DNA from: a virus | Taxonomy: Duplodnaviria > Heunggongvirae > Uroviricota > Caudoviricetes | DNA length: 64,000 nucleotides | Virus record (IMG/VR): IMGVR_UViG_3300031134_000639 | Strand: one strand, 5' to 3' | The notes under the pieces: generated by a model | What the model saw: only the letters and a program-made list of their open reading frames with translations | What the model was told of the DNA's origin: nothing | Database searches by the model: none | Part shown: positions 18,778-28,809 of the stretch, piece after piece | How positions within the stretch are numbered: position 1 is the first letter of the stretch | Layout: each line of letters starts with the position of its first letter | Program-made: the position numbers and the translations under genes

Positions 18778-19686
18778 TTATTCGTCTTCAACCATCTGGA
18801 TGATCGTAATCTTTTTCCTCTTCGGGAATGCTGGGTTGAGGTAGTGAGACCCCTTTGGCCTACCATCAGGGTATGAGGATTTGAAAGTTACCTGACGTTT
18901 GCCGACAACAGTGAACTTGCTATCCCGGTTCAGTAGCACTTCGCGTTCTGCGTGGGTGACTGAACCGGAGAAATCTTCGCTTTTGTGTACAGGTACACCA
19001 TTGCGGGAGATAATTTCGTAGACAACACTTTCTTTGTCGCTGCCGTTGAAGCACAACATGAGGTCAGGGTCTAAGCTAGTGGACATGTACGACTTGTCAG
19101 TGAACGTGTCACCGACTTCAAGTTGTTTGATATCGTCATTAAGCTGTACTGTCCTGTATAGTCTGCGGGCATTATTCTCAGGGCGTTTATATGCAGCGAA
19201 GACAGCATCCATTTCCTCAACACGGTTGATTGCCATTTTTTCGTATCTACGTTTCGCAGCGGGAACATCACCGAACATGCTAACAGGGTCATTAAAGCCA
19301 GTGTCAATATAGTTGCTAATACCTTTTTCGCCATCACGTAGGTACATGTTCAAATACTCATAGTTGTTGGAGTAGAAACGTACTGTGTCAACTAAATCTT
19401 CGCTGTAGTTGTCTTTGAAGTAGTCAGCTTCAGTGTCAAGCTGTTGAAGTTCAGGTGGCTTAACTGCGGGGTCAGCGTTGAAACCAGTGAGGACAGCCTC
19501 TTTGCTTGGGGTTGCATCAGGGAAATGAGATGCAGGTACTTTGGATATAGCTTTCGCTATTGTCCTAGCTTTAGGCTCAACTAGGAGTGGCCCGAACTTT
19601 TTCTGGAGAGAATAGTAGAAGCCATGCTTTTTACATGTGGGGCCTGTGTAACATGTTGAACCGTCAGGCATTTTTGTTGCAGTCAT
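18778..19686 (-). CDS. Mono-ADP-ribosyltransferase (R-S-E/C3-like ART domain), divergent member, 302 aa
   Basis: C-terminal YRTVQL (Arg), SYMSTSL (STS) and AEREVLLNR (ExE), same catalytic signature as the 36-49 kb array. N-terminus has C-x5-C-x2-H (TCYTGPTCKKH), similar to the array leader. Confidence 0.65.
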   Translation of the reverse strand: MTATKMPDGSTCYTGPTCKKHGFYYSLQKKFGPLLVEPKARTIAKAISKVPASHFPDATPSKEAVLTGFNADPAVKPPELQQLDTEADYFKDNYSEDLVDTVRFYSNNYEYLNMYLRDGEKGISNYIDTGFNDPVSMFGDVPAAKRRYEKMAINRVEEMDAVFAAYKRPENNARRLYRTVQLNDDIKQLEVGDTFTDKSYMSTSLDPDLMLCFNGSDKESVVYEIISRNGVPVHKSEDFSGSVTHAEREVLLNRDSKFTVVGKRQVTFKSSYPDGRPKGSHYLNPAFPKRKKITIIQMVEDE

Positions 19687-19695
19687 GCCTAATAA

Positions 19696-20457
19696 CTAAC
19701 GAACTAGAACCCAACGAGTCTTAAGATATCCGTCTTCGTTCAGGCTACCCAGAAGAGGACTTTCACTACGTGTTGTCTCACGCAGATTGTCCATATCTTT
19801 TTTCAGCTGTAACCAAACTTTGAAGTCCCGGTTCTTGTTTTTCCCTTTACCTTGTTCGTCTTTCAAGATAACAGTCGGGGAATCCATCAAACCCTTGAGG
19901 GTAACTTTAACGATGAAGTATCCAAACGCTAAGAAGCGTAGTTGCACTTTCTCTAGCTCCGTCTTCGTTGGGGCAGGTTTACCTTTCTTAGTCTGCTTCT
20001 TCAGGTTTGGAGACACTGCGAAAATACTGTGTCGCAGAAGCTGATTGATCTCACTGCTGTACTTAGCTCCAGCCATATGAGTTAAGTCCCTGATAACTCC
20101 TTTTTCGCTGGCGAATGTGAGGTAGGGAACAGAGGCATACTTTTGGATCACAGAGCGAAGAAGTTTATGAGCAGGGGCAGCCCTGTCAGGTATTGTGTAT
20201 GTTTTATTAATAATGTTCTTGTACAAAACAACTTTCTGTCCCGCGTCAACACGGTCTAGCTCCTCCTGGAAAACGTCAAATAGTTCCAGGAGGGTTGGCA
20301 GAAGAACACGCCCTGGGTCCAAGATATTATCCAAGTCAAAAGCAAGCAGTTTGCTAAGGTACTCAAGTGGGAGGGTTTTGAGTTCATCAGGGTAAACATA
20401 TTCGTTGGACGACAAAACATGCTTTAGCACCTTGGGGTCTTTAAAGCCCTCTGTCAT
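19696..20457 (-). CDS. Hypothetical protein 253 aa
   Basis: ORF only. Confidence 0.4.
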   Translation of the reverse strand: MTEGFKDPKVLKHVLSSNEYVYPDELKTLPLEYLSKLLAFDLDNILDPGRVLLPTLLELFDVFQEELDRVDAGQKVVLYKNIINKTYTIPDRAAPAHKLLRSVIQKYASVPYLTFASEKGVIRDLTHMAGAKYSSEINQLLRHSIFAVSPNLKKQTKKGKPAPTKTELEKVQLRFLAFGYFIVKVTLKGLMDSPTVILKDEQGKGKNKNRDFKVWLQLKKDMDNLRETTRSESPLLGSLNEDGYLKTRWVLVR

Positions 20458-20526
20458 TTTTCCTCCATACGACTAGGTTAACAGGATATCATATGCTTTC
20501 CAAGTAATCAACTCAGCTAACCAATG

Positions 20527-21060
20527 TTATGCCTGTGTCAGTGTCCTAAGGAAGCTCTCCATAGTATCAAGGTCCTCTAGGGTTAGACCTGTGAGACTAT
20601 TTGGGGTGAGGAGGAGTCCTTCAGCGGTAGTATTGTTCTGCACTAGCTCGCCATGGTACCTGTGGGCATTGTCGTCAACCCAGATGAAAGGTAGAGGGTC
20701 CTGTGCTTGGTCTGCGATGATGGCAGCAGCTTTCCATGCTGTCCACTCAGCTTTGTCTTTAGCAGCCTTGTTCAAGGCAGCAGGTAGAACCCTGCCGTTG
20801 TCTAGACCTTCAAGATGAGCAGCAAGTTTGAGTACATGGCTAAACTCGTTCCATGTGCTTCCCCAGACAAGCTCCAGGCCGTACTTTTCTCGGAAGACTT
20901 CAATCATAGTCACAACAGTTGGTGAGTATGTGATGTGGTTCACGGGAGCCAGATGGTCGCTACCTTCGATAGGAATCTGGAAGCTTTTGATGCTCTTGTG
21001 GGTAGGCTCTTTGGCGTTAACTACTCCATCAAAATCAAAATACAGGCGAGCTTTAAACAT
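20527..21060 (-). CDS. HAD-like hydrolase/phosphatase (paralog of 8021..8605)
   Basis: YFDFDGVVNA, WGSTWNE and FIWVDDNA mirror motifs in 8021..8605. Confidence 0.45.
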   Translation of the reverse strand: MFKARLYFDFDGVVNAKEPTHKSIKSFQIPIEGSDHLAPVNHITYSPTVVTMIEVFREKYGLELVWGSTWNEFSHVLKLAAHLEGLDNGRVLPAALNKAAKDKAEWTAWKAAAIIADQAQDPLPFIWVDDNAHRYHGELVQNNTTAEGLLLTPNSLTGLTLEDLDTMESFLRTLTQA

Positions 21061-21113
21061 TGTTCATCTTTCTACTTGCTTTAAGTATAGCAGAAAGATG
21101 AGCTAGATGGTTG

Positions 21114-21575
21114 TCAAAGTCGCATGTATGTAGCCAGGAACGCTTCAGCTTCAATGATGTAGCGCTCTTCGCCTGCCTCATCAAAGTCGTTCTCAATAGC
21201 TGTAGCTATCATGCAGTTGGCTTTACCGCGTTGGATTTCTCCCCAGGGAGCATCAATTTCAATGTCTGTGTTGAAAGGGCTTGGGATAGCTCTGATTAAT
21301 CCGACAGCTTTCCACACTTGGTACTCTTGTGTTGACTCATAACGTTTGTTGAAAACGTCAGGCTTGAGAACATACTTTTCACCTGTGGGATTAGTCACAA
21401 GGTAGTCGCCAGGTTCAGCATCGTTGACAGTCTCAAGGAAGCCATCTGCGACAATGGTTTCAATTCTTGTTTTGCTGTTCATCCGCTCTGCTACCACGGT
21501 CCCAACTTTTGTGTAAACATATGAGTTGTTGAGGGCGTCAGTGATCTCTTGTGTGAGCAGGTCAACTTTGGTCAT
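21114..21575 (-). CDS. Hypothetical protein 153 aa
   Basis: ORF only. Confidence 0.4.
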   Translation of the reverse strand: MTKVDLLTQEITDALNNSYVYTKVGTVVAERMNSKTRIETIVADGFLETVNDAEPGDYLVTNPTGEKYVLKPDVFNKRYESTQEYQVWKAVGLIRAIPSPFNTDIEIDAPWGEIQRGKANCMIATAIENDFDEAGEERYIIEAEAFLATYMRL

Positions 21576-21737
21576 TCTGGGTTAGTTCTTTCTTTGGTTG
21601 TTAGAGTACACAACGTTACCATGAATTGTTCCTTGACCTCACAAAACGCTGTTCCCTAAAATTATCGGTTTCTACATCAGACAAGACTCCTAATCGTTAG
21701 GAACAACATACATTTCATCTACGGCTCGGGAGACGCA

Positions 21738-21974
21738 GTGAGCTTTCTTTTCATAGCAGGTATTGTTCTAGCACTGTACTCTTTGTTAACACTTGTAGCA
21801 ATAATTGTTTCCATCATCTACCTGCGCCAACCCAACTGGCGTTACGGTTTACATCTAGCTTCGCTTATAATTATGTGGATTCTTTACGGTGTCGGAGGGT
21901 TCTTAGCGTTCTTTACATGGGGGCTAGTTGGGACTGTTAACTCAATCTCAGAGACCCTAATGAGAATAGGTTAA
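21738..21974 (+). CDS. Small membrane protein 78 aa
   Basis: Two TM helices. Confidence 0.35.
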   Translation: MSFLFIAGIVLALYSLLTLVAIIVSIIYLRQPNWRYGLHLASLIIMWILYGVGGFLAFFTWGLVGTVNSISETLMRIG

Positions 21975-21986
21975 TGAGGGCTTAAC

Positions 21987-22181
21987 ATGAACTGGTTTAT
22001 TATTCTTGCTGTTGTCTTTTTTGCCTCACTTCTTCTCTCGGTTTGGGGCGCAGTTCTTGTATTCGCTAACCATAAAAGCATTGTATATGCCATCTTATGC
22101 ATAATATCAGCATTCATCTCTGGTTTTCTCGCTCTCGCATGCTACGTATTATCTGTACTGTCGGGCGCATCAAGCGGATAG
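21987..22181 (+). CDS. Small membrane protein 64 aa
   Basis: Two TM helices. Confidence 0.35.
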   Translation: MNWFIILAVVFFASLLLSVWGAVLVFANHKSIVYAILCIISAFISGFLALACYVLSVLSGASSG

Positions 22182-22203
22182 CAGCAATTGTTAGATATCA
22201 CAT

Positions 22204-23043
22204 ATGTCAACAGCTACTGCAACCAAGTGCTCCAAACCTGCCGGTGAGCCATGCCGTCTGCATAATCCGCAGGGAACAGGCACAGTAGGCATCTCTCGTG
22301 AAAGCTTTATTAACGCGGGAGTCAGAGAGTTAGCTACTGCACGTAAAGAGCAGGTTCTGGCTGAGATGGTGCCAGCAGTTGAAGAAAGAAAAGACTTAGG
22401 CATGATGGGCCGCAGCGCTCAAGACAAACTTGTTCTAGCTGTGTTTGACGCTAGAGAAAATATGAACTTGAAAACTGACCCTAAGACAGGCAAGCAGACA
22501 GTGTCTGTTTACAGGTCAGGTGTACCGCAGGCTCCCAAGAAACGTGGTGTTGAAGGATTGTCTTACGCTAACGCTGATGAGCATGCGCCTGAAGGTCATC
22601 AGGACCGTACAACAGCTGTCTTTGCTTCCCCAACGTTATATGGCGTAACTAGATGGGTTGCTGGTAACGAAGGAATCATTGAAGACTTGAATGTTAGAGA
22701 GCTTCGTGTTGACCCTGATGAAGTTCGTGTCTACTCTGTTAACGCTTGGCAGCGGGCTTCAGCGAACTACTTTGATGGTGTTCCAGAGGAAACACATGCA
22801 AAAAACTACTGGGCGACAGGTATGACTTTGCGTGAGTATTACAAGAGGATGCACACTGACACTAAGTTTAACCCAACAGAGTGGGAGCTACTTATCAATG
22901 AGAGTCAACTTCAGGGTGTCAAAAACGTAGTGAACAAGAAAGTTGTTGAGGCAGCAGAAGCTGAGCATGAGTGGATGCCTGAGAGGGTAGCGAATGCTCT
23001 AAAGAAAGCCCGTAAGCACCTATCAAAGAAGGCTGCTGCTTAA
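22204..23043 (+). CDS. Hypothetical protein 279 aa with N-terminal Cys-x7-Cys-x2-His motif
   Basis: N-terminus KCSKPAGEPCRLHNP has the same C...C..H spacing class as the array leader; rest unknown. Confidence 0.45.
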   Translation: MSTATATKCSKPAGEPCRLHNPQGTGTVGISRESFINAGVRELATARKEQVLAEMVPAVEERKDLGMMGRSAQDKLVLAVFDARENMNLKTDPKTGKQTVSVYRSGVPQAPKKRGVEGLSYANADEHAPEGHQDRTTAVFASPTLYGVTRWVAGNEGIIEDLNVRELRVDPDEVRVYSVNAWQRASANYFDGVPEETHAKNYWATGMTLREYYKRMHTDTKFNPTEWELLINESQLQGVKNVVNKKVVEAAEAEHEWMPERVANALKKARKHLSKKAAA

Positions 23044-23084
23044 AGCTTGGTTATTTTGCTCTGTTTTAGTGTATAGTAGATACT

Positions 23085-23954
23085 ATGGACTTTGACAGAA
23101 TAGCTTTAGAGGTGAACGCTTTTGCGAACCTACCCGCTGAGCACATCTACGAAAACTTAGTCGGATCCCCTTTCCCTGAAATTACGGTAGACGGTAGACC
23201 TATGACAGGTTTACGTAAAAACGTAATTGACATTCTTGCCTTCAAATGGCTTATCAAGAACAGGCCAGATTTTAATGGCAAAGACTTTAAGGATGCTTAC
23301 CGGTCAAGTGTTGCAGAGGCTCTTCGTTCTCCTACCAACTTAGGGGAGTTCTCTTTGTACCCTTCCAGACATGACTTAAGGTACCTTTTCCCTAAGAACT
23401 TGTTTGGTGTGAGCGAGACTCCGAATGAGCTTCAAAATCTTTTGGAGGAGTATGGGGTTGAACTGTTTGATATCAACTCGTTCTACTACCTGGCAACCAT
23501 GGAAGAGTTCTTGGGAGCTAAAGTTGATTTGCCTAGAATCATTAACGACGTAACTGAGTTGTTCCGTTCTAACCCACAAATCTATTTCACGTTGGAGGAT
23601 CTTCTTGACTTGATACGTGTAGAAGCATATTCTGTTGCGAAAACAGGCTCATATGTTGAAGATAAAGTGAATCTTCTGACTGTAATCCAGTATTACCATA
23701 GGGCACGTCAAGGCTTACCTCTGCGACCATATAAGTCATCCTCAGAGGATGTACAAAAAATTTTGACAGATAGATGGTTCCAGCCAGATCATGCGGAGAA
23801 CATTTTCTACAGCTACATGCAGTCATTAGGTGAGCCTGAGAAGGTTAAAAAGGTTGTTGTCCTTTATGCTCTAGGGTTCAGCACTGAACACGAACAAAGA
23901 GAACACGACAACACACCAACCGAATGGCTAGCCAAACTTCTTGGAGACAAATAA
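23085..23954 (+). CDS. Hypothetical protein 289 aa
   Basis: ORF only. Confidence 0.45.
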   Translation: MDFDRIALEVNAFANLPAEHIYENLVGSPFPEITVDGRPMTGLRKNVIDILAFKWLIKNRPDFNGKDFKDAYRSSVAEALRSPTNLGEFSLYPSRHDLRYLFPKNLFGVSETPNELQNLLEEYGVELFDINSFYYLATMEEFLGAKVDLPRIINDVTELFRSNPQIYFTLEDLLDLIRVEAYSVAKTGSYVEDKVNLLTVIQYYHRARQGLPLRPYKSSSEDVQKILTDRWFQPDHAENIFYSYMQSLGEPEKVKKVVVLYALGFSTEHEQREHDNTPTEWLAKLLGDK

Positions 23955-24367
23955 TGGATATTCCTATCACAGATGAGTCTTCCATGAGGGAAGATATCAA
24001 AGAGCTTTTTCAGGCTCTGTACATTCTCAACTACGGCCTTCACCCTAGGACAGGGTCAAGCTCGCTATATGATGATGACAAGGATAGGTTTAGTTTCCAA
24101 GCTATCACAGTGCATAACCTGTCACCTTTAAGTAATCATGTGCCTCGTTACCCTGATGAAGCTGCGGCCATTATTTTTGTGCAGAAAACAGTTCTCAAGT
24201 TTACGGAGAAGTACCCTGAATTTCTTCCAGATATGGGTTTCATGACCAACTTTGCTGGTCACAAAGACATTGTGATAGACGGTGACTTACAGCGTGACGC
24301 TACCTGGAAAATTAAGACACTCGAGGATGTAATTCAGAAAAGTGTTAACTCTTCAACTTCAGGGTAA
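23954..24367 (+). CDS. Hypothetical protein ~137 aa
   Basis: Start at ATG overlapping the upstream stop (TAATG). Confidence 0.4.
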   Translation: MDIPITDESSMREDIKELFQALYILNYGLHPRTGSSSLYDDDKDRFSFQAITVHNLSPLSNHVPRYPDEAAAIIFVQKTVLKFTEKYPEFLPDMGFMTNFAGHKDIVIDGDLQRDATWKIKTLEDVIQKSVNSSTSG

Positions 24368-24597
24368 CGCTTTTTGACGTACGAGGAAGGCACCCTCACA
24401 AACTTGGGGTCATCGTTGTTCTCATTCAAGTCTCGTATGGTTTCTGCTGCGAGAGAGTTGTCAGCGTAAATGTTGTCAGGGATAACAGGATAGGATGCGG
24501 GAACGAACCACATGATTCCGTCTGCGGCAGTGTGGTCCCAGAAAATCCACGAGCCTACCAAGCCTTTGATGGCGTACTCGCCAACGTAATCAGTCAT
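24334..24597 (-). CDS. Hypothetical protein ~87 aa
   Basis: Internal Met preceded by AAAGGAGT. Confidence 0.35.
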   Translation of the reverse strand: MTDYVGEYAIKGLVGSWIFWDHTAADGIMWFVPASYPVIPDNIYADNSLAAETIRDLNENNDDPKFVRVPSSYVKKRYPEVEELTLF

Positions 24598-24859
24598 GGT
24601 AACTCCTTTCGGGCAAACAAAAATAGTGGGAGTCAACTTTATCGGGCTGACTCCCACTATTCTACTTGAAAATAAAGGATAAAACAAATGTTCAACTACT
24701 TACTCTTAATCTCTAACAGTCTAATTCAGTAAACCGAACAGTTTTGTATTGTTTTCTTAGAGTAAGCTGTGCATTCTATTTGGTTTACCCCCGAATGGGT
24801 GTTTGACGATAGACTGTTACCGATACATGTTACAACAAAACTTCAGAAAGGGAGTAACC

Positions 24860-25072
24860 ATGTCCGAATCAAACTGGAAAGCAGTGTCAACTTCAGAGGC
24901 AACATTATCTGGAGAGACATACAGTAAGATAGCGGAGCAAATCAAAGAGGTGAACACAGGTGAGATTTGGACTATCCAGTTCCATGACAGCTACGACACC
25001 TGGACTGATTTGGAGAAAATGGAAGTCACTGAGGATGGTAATTTGAAGGCAATTTCAAAAAATGCGGTATAA
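24860..25072 (+). CDS. Hypothetical small protein ~70 aa
   Basis: Met preceded by AAGGGAGT. Confidence 0.4.
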   Translation: MSESNWKAVSTSEATLSGETYSKIAEQIKEVNTGEIWTIQFHDSYDTWTDLEKMEVTEDGNLKAISKNAV

Positions 25073-25089
25073 TTGATATAGAAAGTTCC

Positions 25090-25122
25090 AGCTGCCCCAC
25101 GGAGTTATTCGTGGGGCAGCTT
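25090..25122. terminator. Hairpin cagctgccccacg-gagttattc-gtggggcagcttc
   Basis: Inverted repeat followed by T-rich sequence. Confidence 0.55.
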
Positions 25123-25178
25123 CTATTTATACACCAAATCCGATATGAATACAGACAAACCAACCAAAGGAATCCCTT

Positions 25179-25832
25179 TTGAAAACTAAAATCGTACGCA
25201 CAGCCTCAGCTATGGTATTAGCAGGCGGCTTACTTGTCAGCTTAGCAGCCTGCACCACAGACAACAACTCTGATGCACCCACCTCAGCTGTGTCCGGGTC
25301 AGCAGGAACCTTAGGTAACAAGACTACAGCACCAACTGTCAGTCCAGAAGAGGAAGCAGCAGCAGTTTCCGACACTTACGAAGGATTCCTGAACGCACTG
25401 TTCACAATTGATGGCACAGAAGCCTCAGCAGTGTTCAAAGACCTAGAGAATGTCTCTACAAGTTCATCAGATGCTGACAAGCAGAAGACAATTGATGAAC
25501 TCTATGCTCTTTCACCAGAAGCTTTCGGCAGTTTTGACACTGAAGGCTTAAGTCTTGATGAAAAAGGTGCCATCTACTCTGGCTTCGCATACATTGGAGC
25601 CTACGCAGCTACCAGTGCAGCAGAGTACTCTTTTGAGCTTCCAGATTCAGCTGTTACGGTAACAGATAACACTGCAACTGTTGACCCCCTTCAGCTTGTC
25701 GTGACTGTAGATGGTCAGCCGACTGACACAGGAGCGACTGCTCAGGCTGACTTGACTTCCTTTGTGAAAAAGGATGGCAAGTGGTTGATTGTTGTTCCAG
25801 ATGAAGCACTACAGGAAGCTGGAGTCCAGTAA
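25179..25832 (+). CDS. Secreted lipoprotein, 217 aa
   Basis: Signal peptide MKTKIVRTASAMVLAGGLLVSLAAC with lipobox LAAC; Ser/Thr/Ala-rich mature region. Confidence 0.6.
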   Translation: MKTKIVRTASAMVLAGGLLVSLAACTTDNNSDAPTSAVSGSAGTLGNKTTAPTVSPEEEAAAVSDTYEGFLNALFTIDGTEASAVFKDLENVSTSSSDADKQKTIDELYALSPEAFGSFDTEGLSLDEKGAIYSGFAYIGAYAATSAAEYSFELPDSAVTVTDNTATVDPLQLVVTVDGQPTDTGATAQADLTSFVKKDGKWLIVVPDEALQEAGVQ

Positions 25833-25855
25833 GTCAACAGACAGTAATTAGTTAA

Positions 25856-25891
25856 CTGAGGGGAAGCATTTTGTACAGTGCTTCCCCTCAG
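25856..25891. terminator. Hairpin ctgaggggaagca-ttttgtacag-tgcttcccctcag
   Basis: 13-bp perfect inverted repeat, immediately followed by the CCGATAGTAAT motif. Confidence 0.6.
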
Positions 25892-25896
25892 TTACG

Positions 25897-25908
25897 CCCG
25901 ATAGTAAT
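25897..25908 (+). promoter_or_regulatory. CCCGATAGTAAT conserved intergenic motif (candidate phage promoter), 31 nt upstream of CCA-enzyme ATG
   Basis: Same 11-12-mer recurs upstream of several operon starts (35961, 39736, 45152, 61746). Confidence 0.5.
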
Positions 25909-25938
25909 CATCAAAGACATAGAAAAGAGGGTTCTCCC

Positions 25939-27411
25939 ATGTGCCAACCTCAATCAGAAGGCGGACGCCGTTGCAACGGTCACACACCATACGGTGTTGC
26001 TCGTCGTAATTTGCAAGCCCAAAAGCAATACCATGAGCACCGACTCACTGACAACCAGTTAACCGAGAAGCAGCGAGCTAAAAGTGAGAAAGGCTTAGAA
26101 GAAGCCGTTAACGGTCTCAACGAACTCTCTGAAGAGAAGAAAGCTCTAGGAACAGTCAAGCCGTACGTCATGAACTTGACTCCGAACACAGAGAAAGTAC
26201 TCAACCAGCTGGAAGCAGATGGTTTCACTCCCTACATTGTGGGAGGCTCAGTGCGTGACGTTATCATGGGCTTAGACTCAAAAGATGTTGACATTGAAGT
26301 GTACGGCGGTCAGCCTGAATCCATTGCGAAGTCTCTGAGAAAAATTGGTCACGTTGACGAGGTAGGAAAATCTTTTGGTGTGTTGAAGATTGCCATAGAC
26401 GGTGAAGACTTTGACGTTTCCCTTCCGCGAACTGATTCAAAGATTGGTGACGGGCACAAAGGGTTCTCAGTTGAGGTTAACCCTGACTTGAGTTTAGATG
26501 AAGCCACAGCTCGAAGAGATTACACAATCAACGCTTTGATGTACACTCATAGGCTAGGTTTCATCGTGGATAAGCACGGCGGACTTAAAGACCTTGAGAA
26601 TGGTCAGCTGCGTCACGTCTCGGAAGCTTTTGACGAAGACCCTCTGCGTGTTCTCCGTGGTGTTCAGATGGCATCCCGTTTTGATATGGAAATGCACCCT
26701 GACACGGTTGCTCGTGCACAGAAGCTTAAGTCATCCTTCAACGACTTAGCTACAGAGCGTGTAGCTATTGAGTTTGATAAGCTACATCTCAAAGGCAAGA
26801 ATGCCAGACGTGCATTCAAAGTTCTTCAGGCTACTGGTTGGGATTCTAACTTCCCTGGGTTAGCTGAGATTAATGATGAGAAGCTTCACACTGACTTGTC
26901 CAATGCTCACCATGTTGCTGACCGTGAGAGTCTAGACAACCAGGACAAGACTGTTCTAATCACGTCTATGATTACCTCTAAGATGAATCGCAAGGATCGT
27001 GAGAAGTTCCTAAAGTCAACTGTTATTGGTGAAAAAACACAGGGCATCATTCGTATCCTCAGTGAAACTAACTTACCAGAGAAGCAGGACTCTGCAAGCA
27101 TGCGTTTCTGGGCAGATGACCTAGGTAAAGTAAGTATCCGTAACTACAGTCACATGCTTGAAGCCCAAGGCCGAAAAGATGAAGCAAAAAGCTTGCTAGC
27201 TAAAGCTGAGGCAGTTGGTATTGCTGACCGTGCAGAAGCAGGAATGATTCAAGGTAGAGATGTTATAGCTCGCCATCCTGAAGTTAAAACAGGTCCTTGG
27301 TTAGGGAAAATGCTGAAAGCTGCGTTGCATGATCAGTACAATGAGAAGTTCAGAACACAGAAGCAGGCTGACCAGTGGTTAGCAGATAACATGCCTAAGT
27401 TCTACAACTGA
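25939..27411 (+). CDS. CCA-adding tRNA nucleotidyltransferase / poly(A) polymerase-family enzyme with N-terminal Cys/Arg-rich leader, 490 aa
   Basis: GFTPYIVGGSVRDVIMG...DVDIEVYGG (Pol-beta NT motif), RRDYTINALMY, plus HD-like C-terminal half. N-terminus MCQPQSEGGRRCNGH shares the array leader. Confidence 0.8.
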   Translation: MCQPQSEGGRRCNGHTPYGVARRNLQAQKQYHEHRLTDNQLTEKQRAKSEKGLEEAVNGLNELSEEKKALGTVKPYVMNLTPNTEKVLNQLEADGFTPYIVGGSVRDVIMGLDSKDVDIEVYGGQPESIAKSLRKIGHVDEVGKSFGVLKIAIDGEDFDVSLPRTDSKIGDGHKGFSVEVNPDLSLDEATARRDYTINALMYTHRLGFIVDKHGGLKDLENGQLRHVSEAFDEDPLRVLRGVQMASRFDMEMHPDTVARAQKLKSSFNDLATERVAIEFDKLHLKGKNARRAFKVLQATGWDSNFPGLAEINDEKLHTDLSNAHHVADRESLDNQDKTVLITSMITSKMNRKDREKFLKSTVIGEKTQGIIRILSETNLPEKQDSASMRFWADDLGKVSIRNYSHMLEAQGRKDEAKSLLAKAEAVGIADRAEAGMIQGRDVIARHPEVKTGPWLGKMLKAALHDQYNEKFRTQKQADQWLADNMPKFYN

Positions 27412-27414
27412 CTA

Positions 27415-27460
27415 ACGACTGAGCGCCCCACAGACAAGATTCTGTGGGGCGCTCAGTCGT
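27415..27460. terminator. Hairpin acgactgagcgccccacag-acaagatt-ctgtggggcgctcagtcgt
   Basis: 19-bp perfect inverted repeat. Confidence 0.65.
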
Positions 27461-27876
27461 TGTTGAGGGGCATCTACTGGCCGATACCAGCAGAGACATT
27501 AAAGCTAGGTCCAGACACCTGAATGTCGCTCTGAACAGTGTGATCTACAGGAGCGATTGAGAGTGTGGATGTAGCGATGAGTGTTGCAACACTGGCTTTA
27601 GTGAAGAAAGCAGCAATGATTTCCATGATTGTTTGTTGTCCTTTTCTGTGTTGTTGTTTGTGTTTGTGTGTGTACTCATATTGTACCACATAACACTGTC
27701 AAGAGGAAGAAAAACTTTTCTCAAAAACCTTGATTTTCCGGGGTTTTTGAGGGGATGGAATAAGTTTTTAGGTTTCCTACAACGTAACCTGGAAACTGTT
27801 GTTCAGACTAGTGATAACCACCAAATCTGAAACTAAATTAGAACCTAATCGTATCACATGTGAAAGTAAAAAGGAA

Positions 27877-28809
27877 ATGGCGACCACAAAAACTGCACCT
27901 GCGAACACGCGCAAGCGTAAACCAACTAAACCTCAGGAAGAGGTAACTGAGCTTATCAAAGCTGAGGGCACTGTAGCAGTTGGTTCCGTCATCGCTTTGA
28001 CCATCCTACTTGCATTAGGTTCCTTCACTCTATCGTTTGGCGCTCTAGAACAGTTGGCTGCTGCTTCTGCTGTGACAGCTCAAGTTACATGGATTTGGCC
28101 TGTCATTGTGGACGGCTTCATTGTCTTAGCTACCATCGCTTCATATGTTCTACGCAACCGTGACAATGGAGCCACTAGACGTTACCCCTGGTTTGCTCTG
28201 ATTCTTTTTGCTGTTGTCTCTATTGCTGGTAACGCATATCATGCATACCTTAACCTAACAGAGTTACTTGTTCCCGTCTGGGTTGCTGCTCTCGTGAACT
28301 CTGCACCAGCCATCGCACTTCTTCTCGCATCCCACCTTCTTGTCATAATGCTCCAAACCCCGAGACGCAAGAAAGAGCCTAAACTCGCTCAGGCGGTCGC
28401 TGAGGCCGTTTATCCTCCCCAGGCTCTAGCTGCTCCTCTTGCGGCTCCTGTAGCTGCTGTGCGCCCTTCTGTGGCTCCTGAGACTGCATCCCCGGCTCCT
28501 CTGAACATCGTAGGTGTGAACAATGAACTTACCGCTGATTTAGAGCCTAATGATGAGACTGTCCAACCGGTCAAACGTCCTAAACCTGCCCAGAATGATG
28601 AACTTCTGAACAGCTGGGCCTTAGCTCGTGTGGAGAACAATGAACCTCTCAACAGCACTGAAATTGTTGCATTCCTTGGAGAGGGAACATCATTGAGAAC
28701 AGGTCAAAGGAAAATGAAAACTCTACGAGAGCGTTTCCCTGAGGTGGAAGAGTACGTGAAAGCTTCTGCACCAACCTCCGCTCCAACACCAGCCGCAGTT
28801 GCAGACTAA
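27877..28809 (+). CDS. Integral membrane protein (4 TM) with Pro/Ala-rich linker and C-terminal soluble domain, ~310 aa
   Basis: Four hydrophobic helices, then PQALAAPLAAPVAAVRPSVAPETASPAP, then a charged C-terminus. Start at the Met preceded by AAAAAGGAA. Confidence 0.5.
   Translation: MATTKTAPANTRKRKPTKPQEEVTELIKAEGTVAVGSVIALTILLALGSFTLSFGALEQLAAASAVTAQVTWIWPVIVDGFIVLATIASYVLRNRDNGATRRYPWFALILFAVVSIAGNAYHAYLNLTELLVPVWVAALVNSAPAIALLLASHLLVIMLQTPRRKKEPKLAQAVAEAVYPPQALAAPLAAPVAAVRPSVAPETASPAPLNIVGVNNELTADLEPNDETVQPVKRPKPAQNDELLNSWALARVENNEPLNSTEIVAFLGEGTSLRTGQRKMKTLRERFPEVEEYVKASAPTSAPTPAAVAD

Noticed and set aside
27474-27689. 71-aa minus-strand ORF after the CCA-enzyme terminator (possible small secreted peptide MEIIAAFFTKASVATLIATSTLSIAPV...)
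   Set aside because: Weak RBS, very short, low-complexity N-terminal extension (HKHKQQHRKGQQ). Kept out of the feature list as unsupported, though a small hydrophobic peptide is not excluded.
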